This document shows, in pieces, positions 1 to 8,120 of a DNA stretch of 64,000 nucleotides. Source of the DNA: Methanomassiliicoccales archaeon (GTDB lineage Archaea > Thermoplasmatota > Thermoplasmata > RBG-16-68-12 > SOIM01); contig JAUVGH010000006.1 in assembly GCA_030593885.1 (NCBI GenBank), positions 180-64,179 of the forward strand, in the 5' to 3' direction. Each line of letters starts with the position of its first letter. The stretch's first letter is position 1. Both the position numbers and the translations under genes were made by a program. The notes under the pieces were generated by a model, which did no database searches, was not told the DNA's origin, and worked only from the letters and a program-made list of their open reading frames with translations.

Positions 1-65
1 CAGAGACACCTCCCGAGGAGACTCCCCCGGAGACACCTCAGGAAGGATATCCTCCCGAAGAGTAG
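1..65 (+). CDS. 3' end of an ORF entering from upstream, with a Pro/Glu/Thr-rich low-complexity tail
   Basis: Frame 3 reads ETPPEETPPETPQEGYPPEE and then TAG at 63-65. The DNA shows imperfect tandem GAGACACCTCC units. There is no other support. Confidence 0.3.
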   Translation, partial: ETPPEETPPETPQEGYPPEE

Positions 66-90
66 TATCTCCGCTGTCAATGCACATCAA

Positions 91-114
91 GGCTGGTCTA
101 GTACAAGACCAGCC
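91..114 (+). terminator. Perfect 9-bp stem hairpin downstream of the upstream ORF stop
   Basis: GGCTGGTCT (91-99), a 6-nt loop, then AGACCAGCC (106-114), 26 nt after the TAG. No oligo-T tract follows, so a terminator role is uncertain. Confidence 0.25.
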
Positions 115-166
115 AGTCTTCCCCTATTTCAATCCTTAGAATCCTTTCTAGCCACAGCTTTCAATG

Positions 167-230
167 CGTCTCAGCACTCATAGGGTTAATCATCCCCGAA
201 GGTCATCTGACCTTCTTCTCATCACAGACG
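167..230 (-). ncRNA. C/D box sRNA (2'-O-methylation guide)
   Basis: The minus strand reads CGUC-U-GUGAUGA(C box, 225-219)-GAAGAAGGUCAG(12 nt)-AUGA(D', 206-203)-CCUUCGGGG(9 nt)-AUGAUUA(C', 193-187)-ACCCUAUGAGUG(12 nt)-CUGA(D box, 174-171)-GACG. It has the canonical 12-nt spacers and a 4-bp terminal stem (CGUC/GACG). A TATA-like element lies about 26 nt upstream. Confidence 0.65.
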
Positions 231-249
231 TTCTCAGAATGCAACTCCT

Positions 250-260
250 CGATTATAAGG
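250..260 (-). promoter_or_regulatory. TATA-like box for the C/D sRNA
   Basis: The minus strand reads CCTTATAATCG, centred about 25-26 nt upstream of the predicted sRNA 5' end at 230. Confidence 0.4.
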
Positions 261-346
261 CTTGTCAAGCCTCCCAGCAGACATCAGAGTATCAAGTTGG
301 CACTTTATCACGAAATCTTTATGAGAAATGAGCCGATAGTCGCGAA

Positions 347-2716
347 TTGATGGAACTCCCGCCGGGTAAAACGGTCGAATCCCTTTTCGGAGGAAAAGAG
401 GTGCTTGTCAACCTGCTTGACAGCCTGGACCAGCACGATCTTACTGGCTTCGTCAGGACCAGCCTGTTTCGGGACGATGTTCGGTCCGAAGGCATGATGG
501 TATTCCACAAAGGATCTGCGGTGATGGCCGACCACAAGTCAGATTCGCATCTGCTAGGTGTCGATTCGATCAAGGAGATCCTGAGGGATTCTCTGGACGA
601 AGACTGCGTTCTGGAAGTCCATTCCTATGATTACAAGTCCTCAATGATAAGCGTCCCACATCTTGCTGGGAATTACCCTGATGCTGCGGTCTCGGATCTA
701 CCAAACATGACCTTCCTTCTGACCGAGGTTGAGTCCGAGGAGCGTAGGCGAAGGGAGGAACACCTCAGGGCGCTCGAGGAGAGGGAGGTCAGCGCGGACA
801 AGGCCACTGCAGACCTTGAGGTATTGCAGAGCCAGAAGATCAGGTTCGAGCAGGAACAGAGGAAGTATCAACAACAGGAAGGCGAACTTCGGCAGCTCCG
901 GGAGGAGATGCAGACGGTCAAGGACAAGAGCCTGGAACTGATGAGACAGATCAGCGTCCAGAGGGAGAAGGAGCAGGCCCTGTCAGAAGCCGAGAAGAAG
1001 CTGGAACAGATCAAACTCAGCAAAGAGAGGGAGGAGCTCAAGGATTTCGGTCTAAGACTCCAGGCAAAGGAAAAGGAACTTCTGGGAAAGGAAAGGGAAC
1101 TCAGCGGTAAGGAAACGGCACTGGCGGCAATAGAGGAGCAGAGAGAGAACGAGAAGCAGGTCATCAATCGGGAAAGGACCGAACTGAACAACATATGGAA
1201 GGAATTGTCCAATGAGACTGGTCGGATCTCCGAGGCCAGAAAGCTCTTCGAGAAGAGGGCCGAGGAGGCGATCCACAGGGAGAAGGAACTGGCCAGAATG
1301 GAAAGCACCCTGGAGAAGCTCAAGGAAAAGCAGGAATCCGAGAAGTATGAGATGGATGAGGATGAGACCCTCCTCAAGGAGAAAGAGATCGAGGTGGAGA
1401 AGAAGGAGGAGTCAGCGGACCAAAGGGCAAAGGAGCTCGAGTCACTTCACTCCAGATTGAAGGATCTGGATAATGCCCTCAAGAACAGGGAGAATGAGAT
1501 CAGGTCTCTGGAAAAGGAAACGAAATCCGAAGGTAAGGGGCTCCGGTCCGAGATGGACAAGCTCGCCGCCGAGAAGATATCACTTGACAGAGTGGACTCG
1601 GATCTGAAGGAGAGAGAAAGGAATCTCAGGAGCTCGGAGAAGAGACTCCAAAAGAGGGAGAAGGAGTTCGAAAGGAGGTTCAGGGCCCTGGAGGACGATA
1701 GAAAGGAGCTGAATGCCACCAAGAAGGAACTGGACATGGAGGAGGTCCAGAACGCAGCCTGGTACCAGAAGGTGGAGAACAGGTCGAAGTCACTCACTGA
1801 ATTGGAGGAGGAGCTCAAGAGCAGGAGCTCCCGGGCGAAGGAGCAGTTGGCCGAGGCGAAGAAGAGAGCCAAGGTGGCTAGCCAGATGGAGCGAGAACTT
1901 AAGAAGAGGCGGTCGGAACTTGACAGATTGGAGTTCGAGTTGGCCGCGGTCTCAAAGGACCTGGAGGAAAGGGAAAGCTCGTCCGAGAAGAAGGACCATC
2001 AGCTGGCGATGAAGAAGATCGAACTGGAGGAGAAGTTCTCGGTCATCAAGAAGGACCTGGAGGACAAGAAGGCAACCGCCGAAGAGAAGGCCAAAGACCT
2101 GGAATCCAGGGGGAAGTCCTTAGAAGAATTCGACGGGGAATTAGCCTCAAGAGAAGGCGAGCTGGAAGAACTGGAGAGGAACCTCCTCGTGAAGAAGAAG
2201 GAAATGATGTCCATGGAGAAAAAGCTGGAGAAGACGGCGAGTTCGCTTCGATTGACCGAGGATGAGCTGGCCAAACGGACCGAGATGTCCAGAGAGCGTA
2301 CAGAGAAGGAATCCAAGGACCTGAACAAGAAGGAAAAGAAGCTCAAGAGCAAAGAATCCTCACTCACTTCCCAGGAGAAGGAACTCGCCCAACTGGAGGA
2401 GACCTTGGGGGCCAGGGAGAAGGACCTCACTGACAGGGCTGCTGGACTGAGGATCGGCCTGGTCGAGATCGAAAAGGAGAAGGATGAGCTGGGTGAGACG
2501 CATGAAAGGCTGGCCGCCCTTGATAAGAAGCTGAAGAAGAGAGAAATGAGGGCCACAGCAAAAGAGAAGCGGACCAAGGAGAAGCTGGAAAAAGAACTCG
2601 TCCAGAAGGAGAGGGAGCTTGCTCAGAAGGAACAGAGGCTTCTGGAGAAGGAGAAGCAACTTGCGAGAAGCGCACAGGAACTGGAAGAGCTCAAGGAGAG
2701 CCTCCGGTCGCTCTAA
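347..2716 (+). CDS. Long coiled-coil protein: a ~120-aa globular head (PATAN/DUF4388-like pattern) followed by ~650 aa of E/K/L/R-rich coiled coil
   Basis: A 789-aa ORF starting at TTG 347 or ATG 350. TATA-like CTTTATGA lies at 317-324, about 27 nt upstream. The head reads KEVLVNLLDSLDQHDLTGFVRTSL..EGMMVFHKGSAVMADH..LLGVDSIKEILRDS..CVLEVHSY. The rest is heptad-like KE/EL repeats, and there is no P-loop. Confidence 0.8.
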   Translation: MMELPPGKTVESLFGGKEVLVNLLDSLDQHDLTGFVRTSLFRDDVRSEGMMVFHKGSAVMADHKSDSHLLGVDSIKEILRDSLDEDCVLEVHSYDYKSSMISVPHLAGNYPDAAVSDLPNMTFLLTEVESEERRRREEHLRALEEREVSADKATADLEVLQSQKIRFEQEQRKYQQQEGELRQLREEMQTVKDKSLELMRQISVQREKEQALSEAEKKLEQIKLSKEREELKDFGLRLQAKEKELLGKERELSGKETALAAIEEQRENEKQVINRERTELNNIWKELSNETGRISEARKLFEKRAEEAIHREKELARMESTLEKLKEKQESEKYEMDEDETLLKEKEIEVEKKEESADQRAKELESLHSRLKDLDNALKNRENEIRSLEKETKSEGKGLRSEMDKLAAEKISLDRVDSDLKERERNLRSSEKRLQKREKEFERRFRALEDDRKELNATKKELDMEEVQNAAWYQKVENRSKSLTELEEELKSRSSRAKEQLAEAKKRAKVASQMERELKKRRSELDRLEFELAAVSKDLEERESSSEKKDHQLAMKKIELEEKFSVIKKDLEDKKATAEEKAKDLESRGKSLEEFDGELASREGELEELERNLLVKKKEMMSMEKKLEKTASSLRLTEDELAKRTEMSRERTEKESKDLNKKEKKLKSKESSLTSQEKELAQLEETLGAREKDLTDRAAGLRIGLVEIEKEKDELGETHERLAALDKKLKKREMRATAKEKRTKEKLEKELVQKERELAQKEQRLLEKEKQLARSAQELEELKESLRSL

Positions 2717-3636
2717 TCGCCCCTTCCGATATCCACCATCCTCTGCAATGGTATTTTCGCCAGACGCATCGTTTCATCGTCAAGTTCAATGACTGGGCTG
2801 AGACTTCTTAATGATTCAAGGACATTCTCGATCCGCACCTGCTTCATGTTGGGGCAGACCGCTCTCTTTCCGAAGTAGAACTGCTTGTCTGGGTGTGCCT
2901 TTCTCAAACGATGACCCAACTCCCGTTCCGTTCCGACAATGAACTCTCTTGCATCCGAGGACTTCACGTATTTGACCATCCCCTCGGTCGAAAAGACCTC
3001 GTCTGCGATGTCCACCACTTCACTGGTGCATTCAGGGTGGACTATTATGATCGCTTCGGGGTGATCTTCCTTCAGGTCCAGAATCTCCTCTGTGGTTATC
3101 CGAACGTGGGTCCTGCAGTAGCCAGGCCAGAGGATTATCTCCTTATCCTTGACCGATCTCTTCACCCAATTGCCCAGATGTTCATCAGGTACGAAAATGA
3201 CCTTGTCCTCTGGAACTTTGGAGACGATCTTCACTGCATTGGATGATGTGCAGCAATAATCACTGACCGCTTTCACCTCAGCGGTGGTATTGACGTACGA
3301 GACCACGGCGGCCCCAGGATGTTCGTTCTTGAATCCCAGAACCGTTTCCCTATCGGCCATTGCCGCCATTGGGCATTTTGCGATCAGATGCGGAGGAACG
3401 ATGGGATGTACCACCTTCTTGTCCGGGTTCAGTATCTTCGCGGACTCCGCCATGAAGTCCACACCGCAGAAGATTATGTTCTTTCTGTCAATCTTGGACG
3501 CTTCCATCGCCAGACCGAGAGAATCGCCCAAGAAGTCTGCCACATCCTGAATCTCTGGCCTCTGGTAGTTATGCGCCAGGAGTATCGCGTCCTGCTCCCC
3601 CTTCAGCCGGGCTATCTCCCCGGCGATGTCTTGCAT
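2713..3636 (-). CDS. nadA: Quinolinate synthase A
   Basis: 307 aa. The N-terminus LLAHNYQRPEIQDVADFLGDSLGL..CGVDFMAESAKIL is typical of NadA. The palindromic GTTTAAAC TATA-like box is centred about 27 nt upstream of the ATG. Confidence 0.9.
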   Translation of the reverse strand: MQDIAGEIARLKGEQDAILLAHNYQRPEIQDVADFLGDSLGLAMEASKIDRKNIIFCGVDFMAESAKILNPDKKVVHPIVPPHLIAKCPMAAMADRETVLGFKNEHPGAAVVSYVNTTAEVKAVSDYCCTSSNAVKIVSKVPEDKVIFVPDEHLGNWVKRSVKDKEIILWPGYCRTHVRITTEEILDLKEDHPEAIIIVHPECTSEVVDIADEVFSTEGMVKYVKSSDAREFIVGTERELGHRLRKAHPDKQFYFGKRAVCPNMKQVRIENVLESLRSLSPVIELDDETMRLAKIPLQRMVDIGRGD

Positions 3637-3717
3637 GGCGGTGGAATATCTGAATCTCTGTTTAAACTTTTTCTGGTGCGGAAAGACATATAAGAAGGGA
3701 GGTTTTTAACCTCGAAT

Positions 3718-4947
3718 GTGGCTCCGAAGAAGATACTTATGATCATACTGGACGGCTTGGCCGACAGACCCGTGGCCGACCTCGGGAACAAGACCCCGCT
3801 TCAGGTCGCAGAAAGGCCCAATTTGAACTGGTTCGCAGAGAATGGAATGTGTGGCCTGATGGACCCAATAGCGCCGGGGATACGGCCCGGGAGCGACACA
3901 TCCCACTTGGCCATACTCGGCTACGACCCGCACAAGGTGTACACTGGTAGGGGCCCCTTCGAAGCTGCTGGAGTCGGGCTTTCCCTTGAGCCGGGGGATG
4001 TCGCGTTCAGGTGCAATTTCGGTACGATCGATCAAGAAGGACTTGTAAGGGACAGAAGGGCAGGGAGGATCCGAGAAGGAACTTCAGAGATCGCCAGTGA
4101 TTTGGATGGTCTGGCCATCGAGGGAGCCGATATAACTTTCAAGGAAGGGACCGAACATCGGGCGGTCCTGATTCTGAGAGGAAAAGGACTTTCTCCAAAG
4201 GTAACCGATGTTGACCCCCACAAGGTCGGTGTCAGATACCTGAAGTGTCAGCCTCTGGAGCCAGAAGCCTCAAAGACGGCTGACATCGTCAATGAGTTCG
4301 TAGAGAAGTCCAGGAAGATACTGGAGAACCATGACGTCAACAAGAAGAGGCTGGAGAACGGAGACCTTCCGGCCAACATAATCATGCCTCGGGGAGCCGG
4401 CGTGTATCCCCACATTCAATCGCTGGAAGAGAAGTTCGGCCTCAGAAGTGCGGTAGTGGGGGGCGTGACATTGGTCAAAGGCATCTGCAAGGTGGCCGGG
4501 ATGGACACCATAGACGTTCCTGGAGCGACGGGGGGATTGGACACTGATATGATCGCCAAGGGCCAAGCAGCCATCAGGGCACTGGAATCATACGACCTCG
4601 TCTTTTTGAACGTAAAAGCAGGGGACATCTGCGGCCATGACGGAGATGCAGACGGGAAGGTGAAGGTCGTTCAGAGGCTCGACCAGATGATGTCCATAAT
4701 TAGAAAAGAGATCCCGGACGACGTCGTAATGGCTGTAACGTCGGATCACACCACTCCAGTATCTATCAGGGACCACACTGGTGACCCTGTTCCTCTCATG
4801 ATATACGGAAAGGACATTCGCGTGGATGATGTGACCTCTTACGACGAGATGGCAGTCGCCAAAGGTTCCTTGGGCAGGATCAGGGGCTCCGATCTTATGC
4901 CTATTCTGATAAACCTGTCCAATCGGGCCGAGAAGTTCGGGGCTTGA
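3718..4947 (+). CDS. apgM: 2,3-bisphosphoglycerate-independent phosphoglycerate mutase, archaeal type
   Basis: 409 aa with a GTG start. [23 protein letters not shown] plus the C-terminal SDHTTP motif match the ApgM family pattern. Confidence 0.88.
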   Translation: MAPKKILMIILDGLADRPVADLGNKTPLQVAERPNLNWFAENGMCGLMDPIAPGIRPGSDTSHLAILGYDPHKVYTGRGPFEAAGVGLSLEPGDVAFRCNFGTIDQEGLVRDRRAGRIREGTSEIASDLDGLAIEGADITFKEGTEHRAVLILRGKGLSPKVTDVDPHKVGVRYLKCQPLEPEASKTADIVNEFVEKSRKILENHDVNKKRLENGDLPANIIMPRGAGVYPHIQSLEEKFGLRSAVVGGVTLVKGICKVAGMDTIDVPGATGGLDTDMIAKGQAAIRALESYDLVFLNVKAGDICGHDGDADGKVKVVQRLDQMMSIIRKEIPDDVVMAVTSDHTTPVSIRDHTGDPVPLMIYGKDIRVDDVTSYDEMAVAKGSLGRIRGSDLMPILINLSNRAEKFGA

Positions 4948-4949
4948 GA

Positions 4950-5492
4950 TTATCTCTGGATGTTGACCGCTTCTCCCTCCAGCCTTCTGGCCTCTGACTC
5001 GTGCTCCCTCCTCAACGTGCTGTGCTCCTCCGCTTGTTTCAGAATCTCATTCGCCTTCTCGTCGATGACCTTTATTTGTCTATCGCGCATCCTAGCCTGT
5101 TTGCTCAATGTTCTAGATTTGATGTGTCTGGACTCAGCTGCGTTCTTGAAGGAATCCACACCTTCTTCCTGGTGGTACTTGTCATACTCATGCGCTCTGG
5201 ACCTGAAAAGCCTGCTCCTGGCATTCAGGCGTGCCATTTCCTCCTCATAGATCGCCTTTCTCACGAGGATCTTGGCCGCTCTGCTCTCGTACCCCCTGGC
5301 CTTCGCCAGGTGCTTCTGCGCTTGGACCATCTCCTCAGCGGCTTCGGCTCTTAAGACCATACTCTCGTACACCGCAGTTTCAAAAGCGAGAGCCTCTGCA
5401 TCCGATCCCAGAGCCATTGGACATGGTAATTCATGGAAGACATAAAATCCTTTTGCATTCAATACTGATGACGATTCTAAGTCTACCATCAT
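4950..5492 (-). CDS. Hypothetical, largely alpha-helical charged protein
   Basis: A 180-aa ORF that fills the gap between apgM and hppA. Coding-like composition; no recognisable motif. Confidence 0.55.
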   Translation of the reverse strand: MMVDLESSSVLNAKGFYVFHELPCPMALGSDAEALAFETAVYESMVLRAEAAEEMVQAQKHLAKARGYESRAAKILVRKAIYEEEMARLNARSRLFRSRAHEYDKYHQEEGVDSFKNAAESRHIKSRTLSKQARMRDRQIKVIDEKANEILKQAEEHSTLRREHESEARRLEGEAVNIQR

Positions 5493-5574
5493 CTTCGATT
5501 TTGAAATGATTTATAAGCGAAAGCGTTATCTATCACAGACCCATCGGCAACGCTGGCTAAGAAAGGGTGACTGA

Positions 5575-8061
5575 ATGAGTGTTATTGGTTCATCAGGAAC
5601 GAAATATCGGGCCGTAGTCCTATTCATGGGACTCATGGTGGCTTTCTCTGTGGCACTCCAAATGGGAGCGCAGACAGCCTTAGCTCAGGGAGGGCTGGAG
5701 GTCGAGTTCTTCAAGGGCGATCTTTTAATCGAGGAACCTGTGGATGGAGACACGGTGACTATCAAGTTCTGCAACAAAGGGGAATCCTCCAGGACCCTAC
5801 TGGACTTGGAGGTCTTGAAAGATGGGAGCAGAATCTATGGCCCCCAGAGTCCTACTCTGGACCCAGACCAGTGTGAGGTCCTGGCCACCGACGAGGACTT
5901 CTCCGAGGGGGACACGCTTGAGATCAGGGACTTCTCTGGGGTTTATTACGATTCGACGATCAAGAAACCGTCAGAAGGGTCGTCACTGGTTTGGATGATC
6001 CTCATCGGGGGACTGATCGGTCTGGGATTCGCCGTTTACATGATACGTAAGGTCATGAGTTTCGACCAGGGTACGGAGAAGATGAGGGAGATCTCGGACG
6101 CCATTCAGGAAGGTGCCAAAGCCTTTTTGAACACCCAATACAAGACCATTCTGATAATCACAGTCGTCTTTGCGGTCGTCTTTGCAGTTGCCATGGGCTT
6201 CGCGATCACCGAATACTACGGTCTGGATGGCTGGACGTTCGGCATAATGACATCTTCTGCGTTCCTGATGGGAGCGCTGTTCTCTGCAGTATCAGGCTAT
6301 ATCGGCATGCACATGGCCGTCCGTGCCAACATTCGATGCGCATCCGCTTCGAGAAGGAGCTACGACGAGTCCCTGAGGGTCGCGATGTGGGGCGGTTCTG
6401 TTTCAGGGTTCTCAATTGTGGCCCTCAGCTTGCTTGGTGTGATGCTCATCTACTTCATCTTTGGTTACGGCCAGGATCCGAGATTGACCCCGTTGATAAT
6501 CGTCGGATTCGGTTTCGGCGCCAGTCTGGTAGCTCTTTTCGCTCAGTTGGGTGGCGGTATATACACCAAGGCGGCTGATGTCGGCGCTGATCTGGTCGGA
6601 AAGGTGGAGGCCGGCATTCCCGAGGATGATCCCCGCAATGCAGCCGTTATTGCAGACCTGGTTGGGGATAATGTTGGAGATTGCGCTGGCAGAGGTGCCG
6701 ATCTGTTCGAAAGTACTGCTGCCGAGAACATCGGCGCTATGATCCTGGGAATCGCTCTCTATCCCGTATTCGGGATCAACGGAATCATATTCCCGCTTGT
6801 CGCTCGAGCCTTTGGGCTTCTGGCGTGCATGGTCGGAGTGGCATTCGTCAGGGCGAAGGAGGACGAGGTTCCCATGAAACCGTTGAATAGAGGGTACTAC
6901 GTCGCATCCTTCCTTTCTGCACTATTCTTCGGGATAGCGACCTATTTCATGCTCGGGGACGCTTGGCTCTATTACGCTGGCTGCGGGATAATTGGCATCC
7001 TCACAAGCATCGCCTTCGTTTTCATCACCCAATACTACACCGAGGCCAGGTTCAAGCCTGTTCAGGAGATCGCCAAGGCTTCTGAGACTGGTCCAGCTAC
7101 AAACATCCTTTCAGGTTTCTCATATGGACTGGAGACTGTATTCGCACCTATACTCGTGATCTCCGCCGCATTGCTCGGGGCCTTCTTCTTGGGGCAGGTT
7201 GGTGGAGAAGCCGCGGGCTTGAACCCGTTCAATGCAGGACTGTACGGAACCGCGATGGCAACAATGGGTATGCTGGCAACATGCGCCTATATCCTGGCCA
7301 TGGACACTTACGGGCCAATCACCGATAACGCCGGAGGAATCAACGAGATGTCCGGCGATTCACCCGAGGAGGCAAAGGTCATCACCGCCAAACTGGATGC
7401 ATCTGGTAACACTACCAAGGCCTTGACCAAAGGTTATGCCGTGGGCAGCGCAGCCTTGGCGGCATTCCTGTTGTTCTCGGCCTACATGACCGAGGCCCAC
7501 CTGACCTCTGTTGATCTGGCCAAGCCAGTCGTCTTCGTAGGTGCCATGATCGGTGCTATGATGATCTTCCTCTTCAGCGCCTTCGCAATCAGAGCCGTTG
7601 GGAAGGTAGCAGGCAAAATAATAGAGGAGGTCAGAAGGCAGTTCAAGGAGATGCCTGGAATCATGGAAGGTACCCAGAAACCCGATTACGCACGGTGCGC
7701 GGACATCACAACCCGTGGAGCGCTCAAAGCGATGGTACTTCCCGGGATGATCGCGATCATCACCCCCATTGCGGTCGGACTGTTGCTGAGGGCTGAAGCG
7801 CTTGGTGCTACGCTCATGATAGGGACAATAGTCGGAGTCGTACTGGCCCTGGTGCTGAACAATGTGGGCGGTGCCTGGGACAACGCCAAGAAGTACATTG
7901 AGGACGGACACCACGGAGGAAAAGGGTCGGACCCCCACAAAGCCTCGGTTATTGGCGATACCGTGGGCGATCCGTTCAAGGACACCGCTGGCCCTTCATT
8001 GCACATCGTGATCAAACTGCTCAGTACAATTACATTGGTGTTGGCTCCCCTCTTTATATAG
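5575..8061 (+). CDS. hppA: Membrane-integral H+-translocating pyrophosphatase (K+-independent signature) with an N-terminal signal peptide and extra ~140-aa domain
   Basis: 828 aa. Motifs GDNVGDCAGRGADLFES, DNAGGI, DASGNTTKALTKGYA (Lys codon at 7417-7419) and GDTVGDPFKDTAGPS. The SD-like GGGTGA lies just upstream. Confidence 0.95.
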   Translation: MSVIGSSGTKYRAVVLFMGLMVAFSVALQMGAQTALAQGGLEVEFFKGDLLIEEPVDGDTVTIKFCNKGESSRTLLDLEVLKDGSRIYGPQSPTLDPDQCEVLATDEDFSEGDTLEIRDFSGVYYDSTIKKPSEGSSLVWMILIGGLIGLGFAVYMIRKVMSFDQGTEKMREISDAIQEGAKAFLNTQYKTILIITVVFAVVFAVAMGFAITEYYGLDGWTFGIMTSSAFLMGALFSAVSGYIGMHMAVRANIRCASASRRSYDESLRVAMWGGSVSGFSIVALSLLGVMLIYFIFGYGQDPRLTPLIIVGFGFGASLVALFAQLGGGIYTKAADVGADLVGKVEAGIPEDDPRNAAVIADLVGDNVGDCAGRGADLFESTAAENIGAMILGIALYPVFGINGIIFPLVARAFGLLACMVGVAFVRAKEDEVPMKPLNRGYYVASFLSALFFGIATYFMLGDAWLYYAGCGIIGILTSIAFVFITQYYTEARFKPVQEIAKASETGPATNILSGFSYGLETVFAPILVISAALLGAFFLGQVGGEAAGLNPFNAGLYGTAMATMGMLATCAYILAMDTYGPITDNAGGINEMSGDSPEEAKVITAKLDASGNTTKALTKGYAVGSAALAAFLLFSAYMTEAHLTSVDLAKPVVFVGAMIGAMMIFLFSAFAIRAVGKVAGKIIEEVRRQFKEMPGIMEGTQKPDYARCADITTRGALKAMVLPGMIAIITPIAVGLLLRAEALGATLMIGTIVGVVLALVLNNVGGAWDNAKKYIEDGHHGGKGSDPHKASVIGDTVGDPFKDTAGPSLHIVIKLLSTITLVLAPLFI

Positions 8062-8120
8062 GGAAACGGAAAAAGACCAAATAAGAGATTGCTCATTCCA
8101 GACAGAAGGTCGTCATTCAG

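Noticed and set aside
198-215. The hairpin GAAGGTC-ATCT-GACCTTC, read as a plus-strand terminator.
   Set aside because: It lies inside the better-supported minus-strand C/D box sRNA (D' guide, D' box and loop). It is 130 nt from the nearest plus-strand stop and lacks a T tract.
347-2716. Whether the long coiled-coil protein is an SMC/Rad50-type ATPase.
   Set aside because: There is no Walker A (GxxxxGK[ST]) or ABC signature at either end. It has only one globular head, at the N-terminus.
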